DNA from: a virus
Taxonomy: Duplodnaviria; Caudoviricetes
IMG/VR virus record: IMGVR_UViG_2645728093_000001
Location: 1-64,000 of that record
Reading direction: 5' to 3' (one strand)
Length of the DNA: 64,000 nt
The position numbers were made by a program, and so were the translations under genes. Position 1 is the first letter of the stretch. Each line of letters begins with the position of its first letter. The notes below the pieces were generated by a model that was not told the DNA's origin, made no database searches, and worked only from the letters and a program-made list of their open reading frames with translations. Below, piece after piece: positions 35,898-44,516 of the stretch.

Positions 35898-37844
35898 TTA
35901 TCCCGGCGGCCCCTCGATCACGAGCAAGGCGGTATTCACGGAGGTCCCAGCATGCTTAAACGATCCCGCCGGGAGGTCGCGCCACTCCGAGGCAATCGGC
36001 ATCAGCTTGTCCCGCTGGCGCGGACCGTTGGCGCAGATCGCGACGAGCCGGCCGCCAGGTTTCAAAAATTTGCGGGCGTGCTCGATATGCTGGATGTCCG
36101 CGCCGCGCTCGAACGGCGGGTTCATGATGATGCGGTCGAACTTATCGACCGCGCCGGCCATGTCCATGAAATCAGCATTGATGATGGTCACGCCCTGCTG
36201 TGATCGGCCGAGAGTTTGCGCAACCTGGTGATTGATCTCAATCGCCACGATGTCGAGCGACCCGGCGCCATGGACGCGCGCGGCCTCGATGAGCGCACCC
36301 GTTCCCGCGCTTGGCTCCAAGATGCGATGGCCAGGCCTGATGTCGGCCAACTCTGCAACCTCGGCCGCGAGTTCGGGCGAAGTCGGGAAGAGTTGCGGCG
36401 CAACCACGACTTGCACGCCGCCGCCTTTCAGCATGGCCCGCATTGCCTCAAAATCAGCCGTAGGCGAGGCCGCCGGCAAATCGGCCGTAGCCGGGAGGGA
36501 GTCGAGCGCATCGACCAAGACGGGGCGCGGTGCAGGCGCAACCGGGGCCAGGGTAGCAGCTGGCTCGGCCGTTTCCTGCGGCTCGCCCATGATCTCCGAA
36601 ACCAGCGAAAGCGCGGCATCGAGATCGGCGTCCGGCGTCGCGACGTTCTCGCGGACGAATTCCGCCGGGCTTTGCGGTTGGCCGTGATCCTTGCTGTCAG
36701 TCAGATAGACCGCGACCAAAGAATGCTTGACCATAGCTGTGCGGAAGCGGTGCGACTTGTCCGCGCTCCACCGCGCGCCCTTATAGTCTTTGTTGATGCG
36801 CGCATATTCAGCCTTGGTCATATCGACTTGCGGATAGGTGGTGGTCCGGCCGCGGTCGTACATATTCGTTGTCGTGATTTCTCCGCCAGGGGCGCGATAA
36901 TTCAACAACGGCGGGAGTTCGCGACGCGGTTTCGGTGCCAGCAAGCCGGACGCGCCGGCCTCATCCAACATTGCGCGTTCATAGGCCAAGCGGTTTTCAA
37001 AATGCTCAATCCAGCGATCTTGATGAGGAATCGCGCGCTCATAACCCGGGATGGCGATGGCGGCGGCTTGCGCGGCGGTTATGACGTTACCGTCAATCGC
37101 TGACCAAAGCCCCATGGGGCCTTCATACTGCGAAGCGGGCGGGTCGCGCGGATAGTCGGCGAGCGGGAATGACATTGACCAATAGCCGCCCGCATTTGCA
37201 ACGGTTAGCCCGACCGCGCGCTGCTTCTCAGCATCATTGATGCCGGCCACGATTTGCCATGCCTTGATTTGCTTTTCGGCATTAGCCTTGCTGCGCTCGA
37301 CCTTGCGCTTTTCCGCCTCAATGGTCTTGATGCGACGCGCGCGCACTTCGGGGAGTTCTTTGTATTTCGCATGTGCCAGAGCGCCGGCGGCGCGCCCGGT
37401 CCAATATTGCGACGTCCGCCACATCTGCACGGCTTTGCGCATGCCGGCGTCAATCTTCTCCTTGTCGCGGCGTGCATGCTTCTCCGAATGGTGCCCGACG
37501 AGGATCGGCCGACCAAACGGGATATTGTCCGCGATCTCGGCAACGGCTTTGCGCGCGCGTTCCGCGTCGGCCATGCGCTTTTCGCTGTAGTCCTCAAAGC
37601 GCTCGGCGCGCTGCTCGGCGCGATCGACCAGGCTTGTATCCTCGTCACCGATCTCGCCGCAGAGCTCAATCAGCAAATCCTCGGCGGCCGGCGACCAGGA
37701 CGGCTTGACGAAGAGTTCCTGTTTCGGTGCCCATTTGAAGCCGAGCGCCTCGACGCGTGCATAGGTCTCGGCGTCCAAGCGCTGCGAGGCGTACAGGCGC
37801 AGCTTGTTGTCATCGGGCGAGTAAGTGGCGGAATAGGTGGTCAT
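35898..37844 (-). CDS. DUF3560 domain protein fused to an adenine methyltransferase domain
   Basis: ATYSPDDNKLRLY, IPFGRPILVGHHSEKHARRD; C-terminal FPTS, ILEPSAGTG, MNPPF. Confidence 0.88.
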   Translation of the reverse strand: MTTYSATYSPDDNKLRLYASQRLDAETYARVEALGFKWAPKQELFVKPSWSPAAEDLLIELCGEIGDEDTSLVDRAEQRAERFEDYSEKRMADAERARKAVAEIADNIPFGRPILVGHHSEKHARRDKEKIDAGMRKAVQMWRTSQYWTGRAAGALAHAKYKELPEVRARRIKTIEAEKRKVERSKANAEKQIKAWQIVAGINDAEKQRAVGLTVANAGGYWSMSFPLADYPRDPPASQYEGPMGLWSAIDGNVITAAQAAAIAIPGYERAIPHQDRWIEHFENRLAYERAMLDEAGASGLLAPKPRRELPPLLNYRAPGGEITTTNMYDRGRTTTYPQVDMTKAEYARINKDYKGARWSADKSHRFRTAMVKHSLVAVYLTDSKDHGQPQSPAEFVRENVATPDADLDAALSLVSEIMGEPQETAEPAATLAPVAPAPRPVLVDALDSLPATADLPAASPTADFEAMRAMLKGGGVQVVVAPQLFPTSPELAAEVAELADIRPGHRILEPSAGTGALIEAARVHGAGSLDIVAIEINHQVAQTLGRSQQGVTIINADFMDMAGAVDKFDRIIMNPPFERGADIQHIEHARKFLKPGGRLVAICANGPRQRDKLMPIASEWRDLPAGSFKHAGTSVNTALLVIEGPPG

Positions 37845-37948
37845 GCTCGAAAGCTCCTTTCAGATTGCGCACAATCGCGCGGGGATGCGGTTCATAGGGG
37901 GCCCGCTGAATCTCGTCAACGGGAAAATCAGTCGTAGCCGAGGGGAAA

Positions 37949-38131
37949 TCAATCGTAGCCGGGAGGGCGCAACTCCGGGTGCACTCGGTAGAGCATCGCA
38001 TAGGCGGCATCGCGCGACCGGTGCGCGGAAGTACCGAGCTTGGTGATACTGAGCCAGTCGCCGGCCCATCGCCCGGGGACTTCACTGGCGAGACAGACGC
38101 GCGGTTTGTTGGCCTTGCTTTTCTTTGCCAT
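37949..38131 (-). CDS. Small hypothetical protein
   Basis: Starts MAKKSKANK; 3' end overlaps repeat B. Confidence 0.45.
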   Translation of the reverse strand: MAKKSKANKPRVCLASEVPGRWAGDWLSITKLGTSAHRSRDAAYAMLYRVHPELRPPGYD

Positions 38132-38250
38132 GTGATCAGGCCTGGATTTCGTGGCTTTCGATGATGCAGGCACCATCGAAGGATTCTTCCCAAAGGGCGG
38201 AGATAGCCTCAGCGCCCAACGTGTCGAGATTGTCGGGCATCGGCTTAGCC

Positions 38251-38964
38251 TTATAGCCAGTCCGCAGCCTCGCGCGCGGCGGCGAGCGCTTTGGCTTCCG
38301 TCGCAAAGGCCTCCGTGCCAATCCCCATGTTGTCGCCGTCGGTTGTCAGCGTCCAAACCGTCACGCCGGAAGGCGCAACCGAGGGGGCCGCGGCGCCAGG
38401 CGGGAGCAAAGCGGCATACGCCTTGATCGCGCTCGCGACGGCATCCGCGGCGCGCGCCAATGCCTCGTTTTGCGTGCCGTCGTCGGTCGTCATTTCCGCC
38501 CGCATGGCGTCGCGGTGCGTCTCGGCGATGGATTCCCATGAAGGCGCAGCCGGGGGAGTGTGCGCCTTGAGACGATCCGCGAGCGCTTCCCAGCGCGGAA
38601 TCCATGCGCCGTCTGCAGCCGCGCGCGCGTGGCGGAGGCTGGATTCTACCGCCATCAACAAATGCTGACGTTCCGGCTCGGTGAGCGGCGAAGCGGCATC
38701 GGGCGCCGGCATGGGCCGCAGTGCCTCGCCTTCAAGGCTGATAGAGTCCTCCGGCCATTCCGTGCCGTCATGAGCGACGAAAAGCGATTTCCCGCGCGCG
38801 TCCGTCGTTGTGTGCTGGCCGTCCCAGCACACTTTGGTTTCGTCCATGTGGTTGAATTCGAGCGACCCGTCAGGATTTCGGCCTGTGATCTCGCACCAGG
38901 CGTTGCCGGGGATGAGATCGGCGGTTGCAACGATCTCGCTGCCGGTCGGTGAAAATGCTTTCAT
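38251..38964 (-). CDS. Hypothetical protein
   Basis: Hairpin A and ribosome site precede MKAFSPTG. Confidence 0.7.
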   Translation of the reverse strand: MKAFSPTGSEIVATADLIPGNAWCEITGRNPDGSLEFNHMDETKVCWDGQHTTTDARGKSLFVAHDGTEWPEDSISLEGEALRPMPAPDAASPLTEPERQHLLMAVESSLRHARAAADGAWIPRWEALADRLKAHTPPAAPSWESIAETHRDAMRAEMTTDDGTQNEALARAADAVASAIKAYAALLPPGAAAPSVAPSGVTVWTLTTDGDNMGIGTEAFATEAKALAAAREAADWL

Positions 38965-39066
38965 GATGTTTCGTCCTTTCGCTTTGCGCACTATCGCGCG
39001 TCGGGAAATCAGCTGCAGCCGGGGCTGCGGGTCATCAACGGGAAATCGGCCGTAGCCGAGGGGCGG

Positions 39067-39345
39067 CTAGAGATTCACCTCGTGAAAGCCGGACGCGCCA
39101 GGAAGCTTTTTGAAACCAGGCGGGGAGCGATCGCGGCGGCCGATCCGCATTGACACAACGGCCGGCTTTCCGGTTGCCGCGACGTCGGCGCGGTAAGTCT
39201 CGAATTCGCGCGCGGCGTCCGCGGCGCGCTGTATTTCGACGGTGCGGCCGGGGAACGGCAGCGCGTCGCCGGACAAGCAAAGATGAACCGAAACGAAAGC
39301 GCCGTTACGCTCGGCCGGATAGCTGCTCAGGATCAATTTAGCCAT
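39067..39345 (-). CDS. Hypothetical protein
   Basis: Hairpin A and ribosome site upstream; stop abuts repeat B. Confidence 0.7.
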   Translation of the reverse strand: MAKLILSSYPAERNGAFVSVHLCLSGDALPFPGRTVEIQRAADAAREFETYRADVAATGKPAVVSMRIGRRDRSPPGFKKLPGASGFHEVNL

Positions 39346-39429
39346 TGGGTTAGCTCCTTTCATGGTGCGCACGATTGCGCGTGAAATCGGCCGTAGCCGA
39401 GGGGTTGAGGAAATCAGACGTAGCCGGGA

Positions 39430-39843
39430 CTAGGCCGCCGCGGCGCGCTCCGCCGGCAACTCTTTGGTTTGCGCGACGTCGAAAACCGGGACCATGACGA
39501 AACGGACGGTTGGCGCCTCGGCCGCCTCCGCCGCGCCGGCTTCATTGCTCGGCGCCGAGGCCTCGGCCTTCCGCGCGCCAGTCGGCGCAAAGATGTAAAG
39601 CGCGCTTTGACCTTCCTGGACAACGCGACCGGCCGCAATCCATTGCTGGAAGCCGCCGACCATGGTTGCGGTCTGGCATTGCAGCGCGGCCAAAAGTTGA
39701 TTGTTGCCGGACAACGCGCTGCCGTCGATTGTCAGGATCGGGACGCGCGCCAGCCATTGCGCCTTTTGTTCATCCGTCATGTTGGCAATCTGTTGCGCCA
39801 ACTGGCGCGCCTTTTCTTTGTTCGGGTTCTCTTTCTTCCGCAT
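39430..39843 (-). CDS. ArdC N-terminal-like ssDNA-binding protein (anti-restriction associated)
   Basis: S.NNQLL...Q...AT.VGGFQQWIAAGRVVQEGQSALYIFAP...F..VPVFDVAQT. Confidence 0.75.
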   Translation of the reverse strand: MRKKENPNKEKARQLAQQIANMTDEQKAQWLARVPILTIDGSALSGNNQLLAALQCQTATMVGGFQQWIAAGRVVQEGQSALYIFAPTGARKAEASAPSNEAGAAEAAEAPTVRFVMVPVFDVAQTKELPAERAAAA

Positions 39844-39898
39844 GTCGTTTGCTCCTTTCGATTTGCGCACAATCGCGCGATGGAAACGGCCGCGCCGA

Positions 39899-40096
39899 TT
39901 ACTTCCAGGCCTTTGCGATGCGAAGTCCGCCGCCGTCGATAACGTCGCGGGGTTCAAGGCTGGCCAATCCCTCGGCCTCGAATTCGCGCGCCGCGGTTTC
40001 AAACCTATGGCCAGGGTAAAGCAAGACTCCGCCCGGCGCGGCTTGCTTCAATGCGCCAAACAACGCGTTACGTTCTTTAATCGAGGCCTTCCGCAT
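39899..40096 (-). CDS. Small hypothetical protein
   Basis: AAGGA ribosome site following repeat B. Confidence 0.55.
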   Translation of the reverse strand: MRKASIKERNALFGALKQAAPGGVLLYPGHRFETAAREFEAEGLASLEPRDVIDGGGLRIAKAWK

Positions 40097-40158
40097 TTCT
40101 TATCCTTCCGAAATTGGCCGTAGCCGAGGGGGACGCAAAATCAGCCGTAGCCGAGGGG

Positions 40159-41220
40159 TTAGGCCGAGGCGCCAAATCGAGGCGCAACCGGGAGGCGCGC
40201 GATCGGCGCGCCGAGCGATGTTGACGCGAGAAAGCGCGCGGCCAGGCGAGGCGCCGCGGAACGCGCGGCCGGCGCGACGTCCGCCGCGGCCGGTTGCTCG
40301 GCCCGCGCCTCGGCCGCCGTTACCAGCCGGAGGCGCGGCGCCTCGGCCTCGGCCGCCGCAATCCGCGCGCGGCGCCTTTCGAGATAGGCCGCGACCCGCG
40401 CGGCCTTTGCCTCGGCCTTTGCGGCCGCCTCGGCTTGCCGGCGCGCCTCGGCCTCGGCTTTATCGATGGCACGGCGCCGCGCGCCAATCTCAAAATTGCA
40501 CATGCCGGAAAGCCGGAGGCGGCAATCCTCAACCGTTGCCGCCAGCTCGGCCGCGGGGGTTTCATCTGCGCCGGATTGCTCGGCCTCGGCCATCGCGATT
40601 CGGTAATGAACCCGCCAGAATTCGGCGCGCGTTACGGCACCGTCCGGCGCCTTCTCAGGTATTGCCTCGGCCTCGGCCGCAAGCGCGGTTGCGTCGAATG
40701 TGCCGCGGCGCGCCTCGGCCGTCCGTTCGCTGCAATCGGTAGCGTCGAATTCGGCGCCGTTGTCGCACGCGATGGAAGCGATTGCAGGGATTGTGACGAT
40801 ATCGGAATCAGCGGAAAAGGCGCCGGCCGTCCGAGCAATGCGCGCGCGGTAATAAGCGAAAGCAATCCGGAGGCCTCGGCCAATGTTTAGCGGCTTGCCA
40901 GGCAATGAAACGGCCGGCGCGCGGACAACGGCGCCGCATGCGAACGTGACAGTAAGCACGGGCGATTTACCAAGCCGCCGGCCGTTCGCGGATTGCGGAA
41001 TGGCATAATCGGCCCATGGTGCGAAACGGCTTTCCGGCGCCTCGGCCGAGGCTTTGGGCGCGGCTTTGGTGGCAGGGATAGCCAATCGCAGCAAATCCGC
41101 AACGGCGCGCCAGTTAGCCGCGCCAGGATCCTGACAAGCATTGTCATAGGCGAGAATGGCCAGGCCTTTACGTTCGGAGGCTTTCGCCGCGCGCGCGGCC
41201 GTCAAATCAATCTGATGCAT
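40159..41220 (-). CDS. Ala-rich hypothetical protein (353 aa)
   Basis: Hairpin A and ribosome site precede MHQIDL; stop abuts repeat B. Confidence 0.7.
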   Translation of the reverse strand: MHQIDLTAARAAKASERKGLAILAYDNACQDPGAANWRAVADLLRLAIPATKAAPKASAEAPESRFAPWADYAIPQSANGRRLGKSPVLTVTFACGAVVRAPAVSLPGKPLNIGRGLRIAFAYYRARIARTAGAFSADSDIVTIPAIASIACDNGAEFDATDCSERTAEARRGTFDATALAAEAEAIPEKAPDGAVTRAEFWRVHYRIAMAEAEQSGADETPAAELAATVEDCRLRLSGMCNFEIGARRRAIDKAEAEARRQAEAAAKAEAKAARVAAYLERRRARIAAAEAEAPRLRLVTAAEARAEQPAAADVAPAARSAAPRLAARFLASTSLGAPIARLPVAPRFGASA

Positions 41221-41287
41221 GGGAAACGTTCCTTTCGAGTTGCGCACAATCGCGCCGGTTGGATTGCTCGGCCGAGGCCGAGGCGGA

Positions 41288-41587
41288 TTAGCTCTGTAGT
41301 TTGGCCAGGCGCCGCGCGTCGATTGCGGCGCGAATCTCTTTCTTGAACCGGCCGGCATATTGGCCATGAAACGTGCGGGACGTTGCTACCGCGCGATCTA
41401 GCGCAAGCTTTGCGGTCCGGTAGCGCGGCGCGAATTTGATAGCATCGGGGGTCAATCCCATTGCACCGCGCGCGGGAATTCCGAGCTCGGCCGCCAATGT
41501 GTCCCGGATTGCGTCATGGCATGCCGTTGCGTCGCGCAAGGCTTGCTCTAGTGTGGCCGAGGCGGCTTGATACTCTGCAAACGTCAT
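41288..41587 (-). CDS. Hypothetical protein
   Basis: GAGGGG ribosome site; G.MGLTPDAIK motif. Confidence 0.65.
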   Translation of the reverse strand: MTFAEYQAASATLEQALRDATACHDAIRDTLAAELGIPARGAMGLTPDAIKFAPRYRTAKLALDRAVATSRTFHGQYAGRFKKEIRAAIDARRLAKLQS

Positions 41588-41601
41588 TGCCTGGTTTCCC
41601 C

Positions 41602-41940
41602 TCAATAGCCGGCCGCCTCGGCCGCATAATCCCGCTGGCCAGTTTCGCCCGGTTGCCAATCGGGAAACCGCGCGCCGTTTTCCGTATCGTCATAACCGGC
41701 CGCCAATCGGTCCGCGGGACAATGGCAGCTGCCATGCTGGGTTAGCCGGCCGTCACAATCGGCGCCGTCTTTGCACCAATCGTTGACAACGGTCCGCCCG
41801 TCGAATGAAAACGCATTGCTTTCGCGGTGCCATCCTTCGTCCGTGCGGCCGCCGTGCGAATGGTGCAAGGTCTGGCCGGACCGAATCTTGATCTTGACCA
41901 ATCCAGACTTGTGATAATGCCAGAAGCGCGCGGTTTGCAT
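41602..41940 (-). CDS. Hypothetical protein
   Basis: GAAAGGA ribosome site; TDEGW...DCDG...QRDYAAEAAGY. Confidence 0.7.
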   Translation of the reverse strand: MQTARFWHYHKSGLVKIKIRSGQTLHHSHGGRTDEGWHRESNAFSFDGRTVVNDWCKDGADCDGRLTQHGSCHCPADRLAAGYDDTENGARFPDWQPGETGQRDYAAEAAGY

Positions 41941-41954
41941 GCGGCGGTATCCTT

Positions 41955-42296
41955 TCAAGGTAATGCGTTGAAATTGGTCCGATAGGTCGCGGCTTCCAAG
42001 ACGCAACGTCGCGCGGCTTCCAGATTGATAACGCGCCCCATGGGATAGCGTTGCGCGGTCCGCCTATATTCCGCCGCCCATGCCAAAGCGTCCACCGCCA
42101 ACGCGCGCCTAGGCCGCTCAGAAAGGCGAGATGTACGGAGGTAGTAGCGCGGCATGCGGCCGGGCGGACGTTCTGCCGTAATGATAAAGCGGACTCCGCC
42201 CGCAACGAAGTCGCGGCCGATTCCGTACTGTTGAACGGCCGCGCGGGTTTCCGCTCGCAAGCCTTGCATCAGTTTCCGATAAGCCGCGCGATTCAT
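41955..42296 (-). CDS. Hypothetical protein
   Basis: ATGA-coupled to the upstream gene. Confidence 0.6.
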   Translation of the reverse strand: MNRAAYRKLMQGLRAETRAAVQQYGIGRDFVAGGVRFIITAERPPGRMPRYYLRTSRLSERPRRALAVDALAWAAEYRRTAQRYPMGRVINLEAARRCVLEAATYRTNFNALP

Positions 42297-42691
42297 GCCG
42301 CTTGCTCCATTTCGCAAACCGGAGTCCAACCCGTGGCCACGTCATAAGAGGCCGCGCGCGCGATCATGGGCGGCCGGCGCAATTCATCGTCCGCCGCAAT
42401 TATGCCGTAGCGTTCCGGCGCCGCGTCAAGTTTGGCCATTTGCGCCATGTGCTCGGCCGCGCGCCAGGCATTGAAGGCCGCGACGATATCAGCCGGCAAT
42501 GGATCAATGCTGCGCACAAGCATTCCGATTCCCGTCCGCATGGCGCGGCGGACGTCGTCACCGTTCGCAATCGACAGCTCATAATCCGAGACGCTGTGAC
42601 GGATTGAGGCCTCAAAGGTTTCGGTCGCGGTTGTGACGCGATAGTAAACCGTTCCCATGAATGAGCATTGCCATTTGAAACGTGGAGTCAT
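42293..42691 (-). CDS. Hypothetical protein
   Basis: Hairpin A and ribosome site upstream. Confidence 0.7.
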   Translation of the reverse strand: MTPRFKWQCSFMGTVYYRVTTATETFEASIRHSVSDYELSIANGDDVRRAMRTGIGMLVRSIDPLPADIVAAFNAWRAAEHMAQMAKLDAAPERYGIIAADDELRRPPMIARAASYDVATGWTPVCEMEQAA

Positions 42692-42728
42692 GGTCTAGCC
42701 TTTCGAGTTGCGCACAATCGCGCGGGTT

Positions 42729-42971
42729 CTATTCGGAAAAATACGGTTTGCGGTCCCCAGCCTTGCGCGCCTCGGCCTTCGTTCTATTGTCAAGCCTTCC
42801 TTCGCACGCGCAAAGATGCATTAGGCAAGCGCCGAGTTCCGACGCGGCGTCACCGTAGTTAAGCCCGCGCTTTATTTGCTTTCCATACTGGACCGTGAAT
42901 TGGTCGAATCCGGTTTGGATCAATCGAACGGGGAAGCCGGAGGAAAGCTCTTCAAAGCAAACATTTCGCAT
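42729..42971 (-). CDS. Hypothetical protein
   Basis: GGAGG ribosome site; FTVQYGKQ...L.Y..AA.ELG.C.MH motif. Confidence 0.7.
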   Translation of the reverse strand: MRNVCFEELSSGFPVRLIQTGFDQFTVQYGKQIKRGLNYGDAASELGACLMHLCACEGRLDNRTKAEARKAGDRKPYFSE

Positions 42972-42974
42972 GCT

Positions 42975-43172
42975 TTAGCCTCCCGTTGCTTCGTCAAAGC
43001 GCGCGGCTTCAAAATCGCGGCTAGCTTGCTCGGCCTCGGCGCCGGTCAACATGGCGCGGGAGGTAGGATAGTAGAAAACGCGCGTTCCCTTTGGGATGAA
43101 AACCCCTTTCCTATCACTGCCGGGATATTTGGTAATGATCCATCGCGGATCGCCGCCGACATGCTTTCGCAT
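42975..43172 (-). CDS. Hypothetical protein
   Basis: Hairpin A and ribosome site upstream; DPRWI.TKYPG motif. Confidence 0.7.
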   Translation of the reverse strand: MRKHVGGDPRWIITKYPGSDRKGVFIPKGTRVFYYPTSRAMLTGAEAEQASRDFEAARFDEATGG

Positions 43173-43263
43173 TAGGTTTCCTTTCGAGTTGCGCACAATC
43201 GCGCGTTTGGTCCGCCGTGGCGTTCCGTTGTACGGCGCAACGCGGCGCCCCACCGTCGGAACG

Positions 43264-43368
43264 TCAAAGGCAAGAATTCAGAAATGCACGCTTGCCGCTA
43301 CGTGCGACCAATCGGCGAGTCCGCTTATCGTTCGGCTTGCGGTCAGTCTCATGACGGGCATAACGCAT
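43264..43368 (-). CDS. 34-aa basic peptide
   Basis: Hairpin A and ribosome site upstream. Confidence 0.55.
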   Translation of the reverse strand: MRYARHETDRKPNDKRTRRLVARSGKRAFLNSCL

Positions 43369-43461
43369 AGTCGTTTCCTTTCGTGGTTGCGCACAATTGC
43401 GCGGTTTCGGCGGTTTGCCGGCTAAGCCGAGGCGCTGCGGCCTCGGCTTAAACTGCAAACC

Positions 43462-43698
43462 TTAGCTGATACGCTCGCAAGCGCCGTTTTTGGGATTCCA
43501 GCTAATCAACATATCGCCAACCCGGACCGAATAGCCGCGCGACATACGAACGGCGCGCGGTGCGGTCCGGCCGGTTTGCTGCAGCCAACGGCCGCAATCC
43601 CAAGCAATGCCCGATGCACTCGAATGATAGAAAGGATTCCGCGCCTCGGCCGGCGCCTCGAAACCCTGTTTTACCTCGGCCGTCAAATCGGTTGCCAT
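43462..43698 (-). CDS. Hypothetical protein
   Basis: GAGG ribosome site; starts MATDLTAEV. Confidence 0.6.
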   Translation of the reverse strand: MATDLTAEVKQGFEAPAEARNPFYHSSASGIAWDCGRWLQQTGRTAPRAVRMSRGYSVRVGDMLISWNPKNGACERIS

Positions 43699-43708
43699 GG
43701 TCGCGGCC

Positions 43709-43894
43709 TCAAATCGCGATTGCAACGGCAAGGCGCGCGGTGCGGATAGCGTCAATGCGGCGCGCCGGAATGGTGCGATCCGCCGCGGCGATCCGTTCGG
43801 CCAGGCTGATAAGACGGTGCGCGAGGCCGAGGCGGCCGAGCTCGATTGCGTTTGCAGCGTCTAGCAAAAGGCCTTTAACGGTATTGTTTCGCAT
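43709..43894 (-). CDS. Hypothetical protein
   Basis: Hairpin A and ribosome site upstream. Confidence 0.65.
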   Translation of the reverse strand: MRNNTVKGLLLDAANAIELGRLGLAHRLISLAERIAAADRTIPARRIDAIRTARLAVAIAI

Positions 43895-43938
43895 GGTCGT
43901 TTTCCTTCTGAGTTGCGCACAATCGCGCGGGTTGAAAC

Positions 43939-44097
43939 TTAGTAGCGGTTGCGGCGCCGATAGCTCGGCCGGCGCCTCCGGACCGGCGCGCCATATTCGA
44001 CGGCCGCAAGCGCGAGCCAACCGACAACGGCCAGGCCGAAAAGAAACGTTGCCGGCAACATCGGGTTGGCGATGCAAAAGGCGATAAAGGCTTGCAC
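43939..44097 (-). CDS. Small membrane peptide with basic tail
   Basis: GTG start with AAGGG ribosome site; one transmembrane segment. Confidence 0.5.
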   Translation of the reverse strand: MQAFIAFCIANPMLPATFLFGLAVVGWLALAAVEYGAPVRRRRPSYRRRNRY

Positions 44098-44107
44098 GGT
44101 GCGCCCC

Positions 44108-44332
44108 TTAAGCAATCGGCCGCGATTGATCGGCAGAGACTTCGCACAAAACAACGCGATAGAAGGCGCGGGAATTGCGCGGGCGATCTCCGCCGCGAAC
44201 GGCGGAGAAGGCAAGGCGCCGATACATTGCCTCGAAAGCATCAGCCGACGATTTGAGGAAAAGGCGCGCGGTCCAATCGCAACCGGTCAAGGTGCAGCGA
44301 AAGCGGATGTCAAAGGCTTGGCGGCGGGACAT
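44108..44332 (-). CDS. Hypothetical protein, first hairpin-led gene of the island
   Basis: Hairpin A and ribosome site upstream. Confidence 0.6.
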   Translation of the reverse strand: MSRRQAFDIRFRCTLTGCDWTARLFLKSSADAFEAMYRRLAFSAVRGGDRPRNSRAFYRVVLCEVSADQSRPIA

Positions 44333-44379
44333 GTTCGGGCCTTTTCGGTTGCGCACAATCGCGCGTTTCGTGTCCCGCA

Positions 44380-44482
44380 CATGCCTATATCAGCGGCCGG
44401 CCGTCAAGAGGGAAAATGCAATTCAGTGAAAAGAATTTGCGAAAAGCCGGCAACGGCGCCGTTTATGTCACTATCTAGTGAC
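44380..44482 (-). promoter_or_regulatory. Putative island promoter and palindromic operator
   Basis: CTTGACG on minus (44402-44408) with an AT-rich upstream tract, but the -10 match is weak; perfect inverted repeat GTCACTA-TC-TAGTGAC at 44467-44482. Confidence 0.45.
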
Positions 44483-44516
44483 GGCCGAGGCCTCTAGTAG
44501 TTCGGCCGCGGCTGGA

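Larger units (their letters stand above)
33801..40158 (-). repeat. Repeat family B: 18 co-oriented copies in 9 pairs, plus-strand consensus AAATCGGCCGTAGCCGAGGGG
   Basis: Pairs at 33801/33829, 34482/34547, 35416/35442, 35860/35881, 36451/36478, 37925/37946, 39006/39043, 39384/39411 and 40111/40138; some copies degenerate. Confidence 0.9.
34467..44365 (-). promoter_or_regulatory. Repeat family A: 11 start-associated hairpins, sense consensus CGCGCG-ATTG-TGCGC then AA-N3-GAAAGGA
   Basis: Copies at 34467, 37867, 38986, 39367, 39865, 41242, 42710, 43191, 43389, 43915 and 44351, each 18-22 nt upstream of an ATG. Confidence 0.92.

Noticed and set aside
33801-40158. Classical integron with attC sites
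   Set aside because: No tyrosine integrase in the window, and the repeats lack the RYYYAAC...GTTRRRY ends and the length of attC sites. Only the positional analogy is kept.
33801-44365. Island repeats as a CRISPR array
   Set aside because: Repeats are separated by whole genes at irregular distances rather than 30-40 nt spacers, and no cas genes are present.
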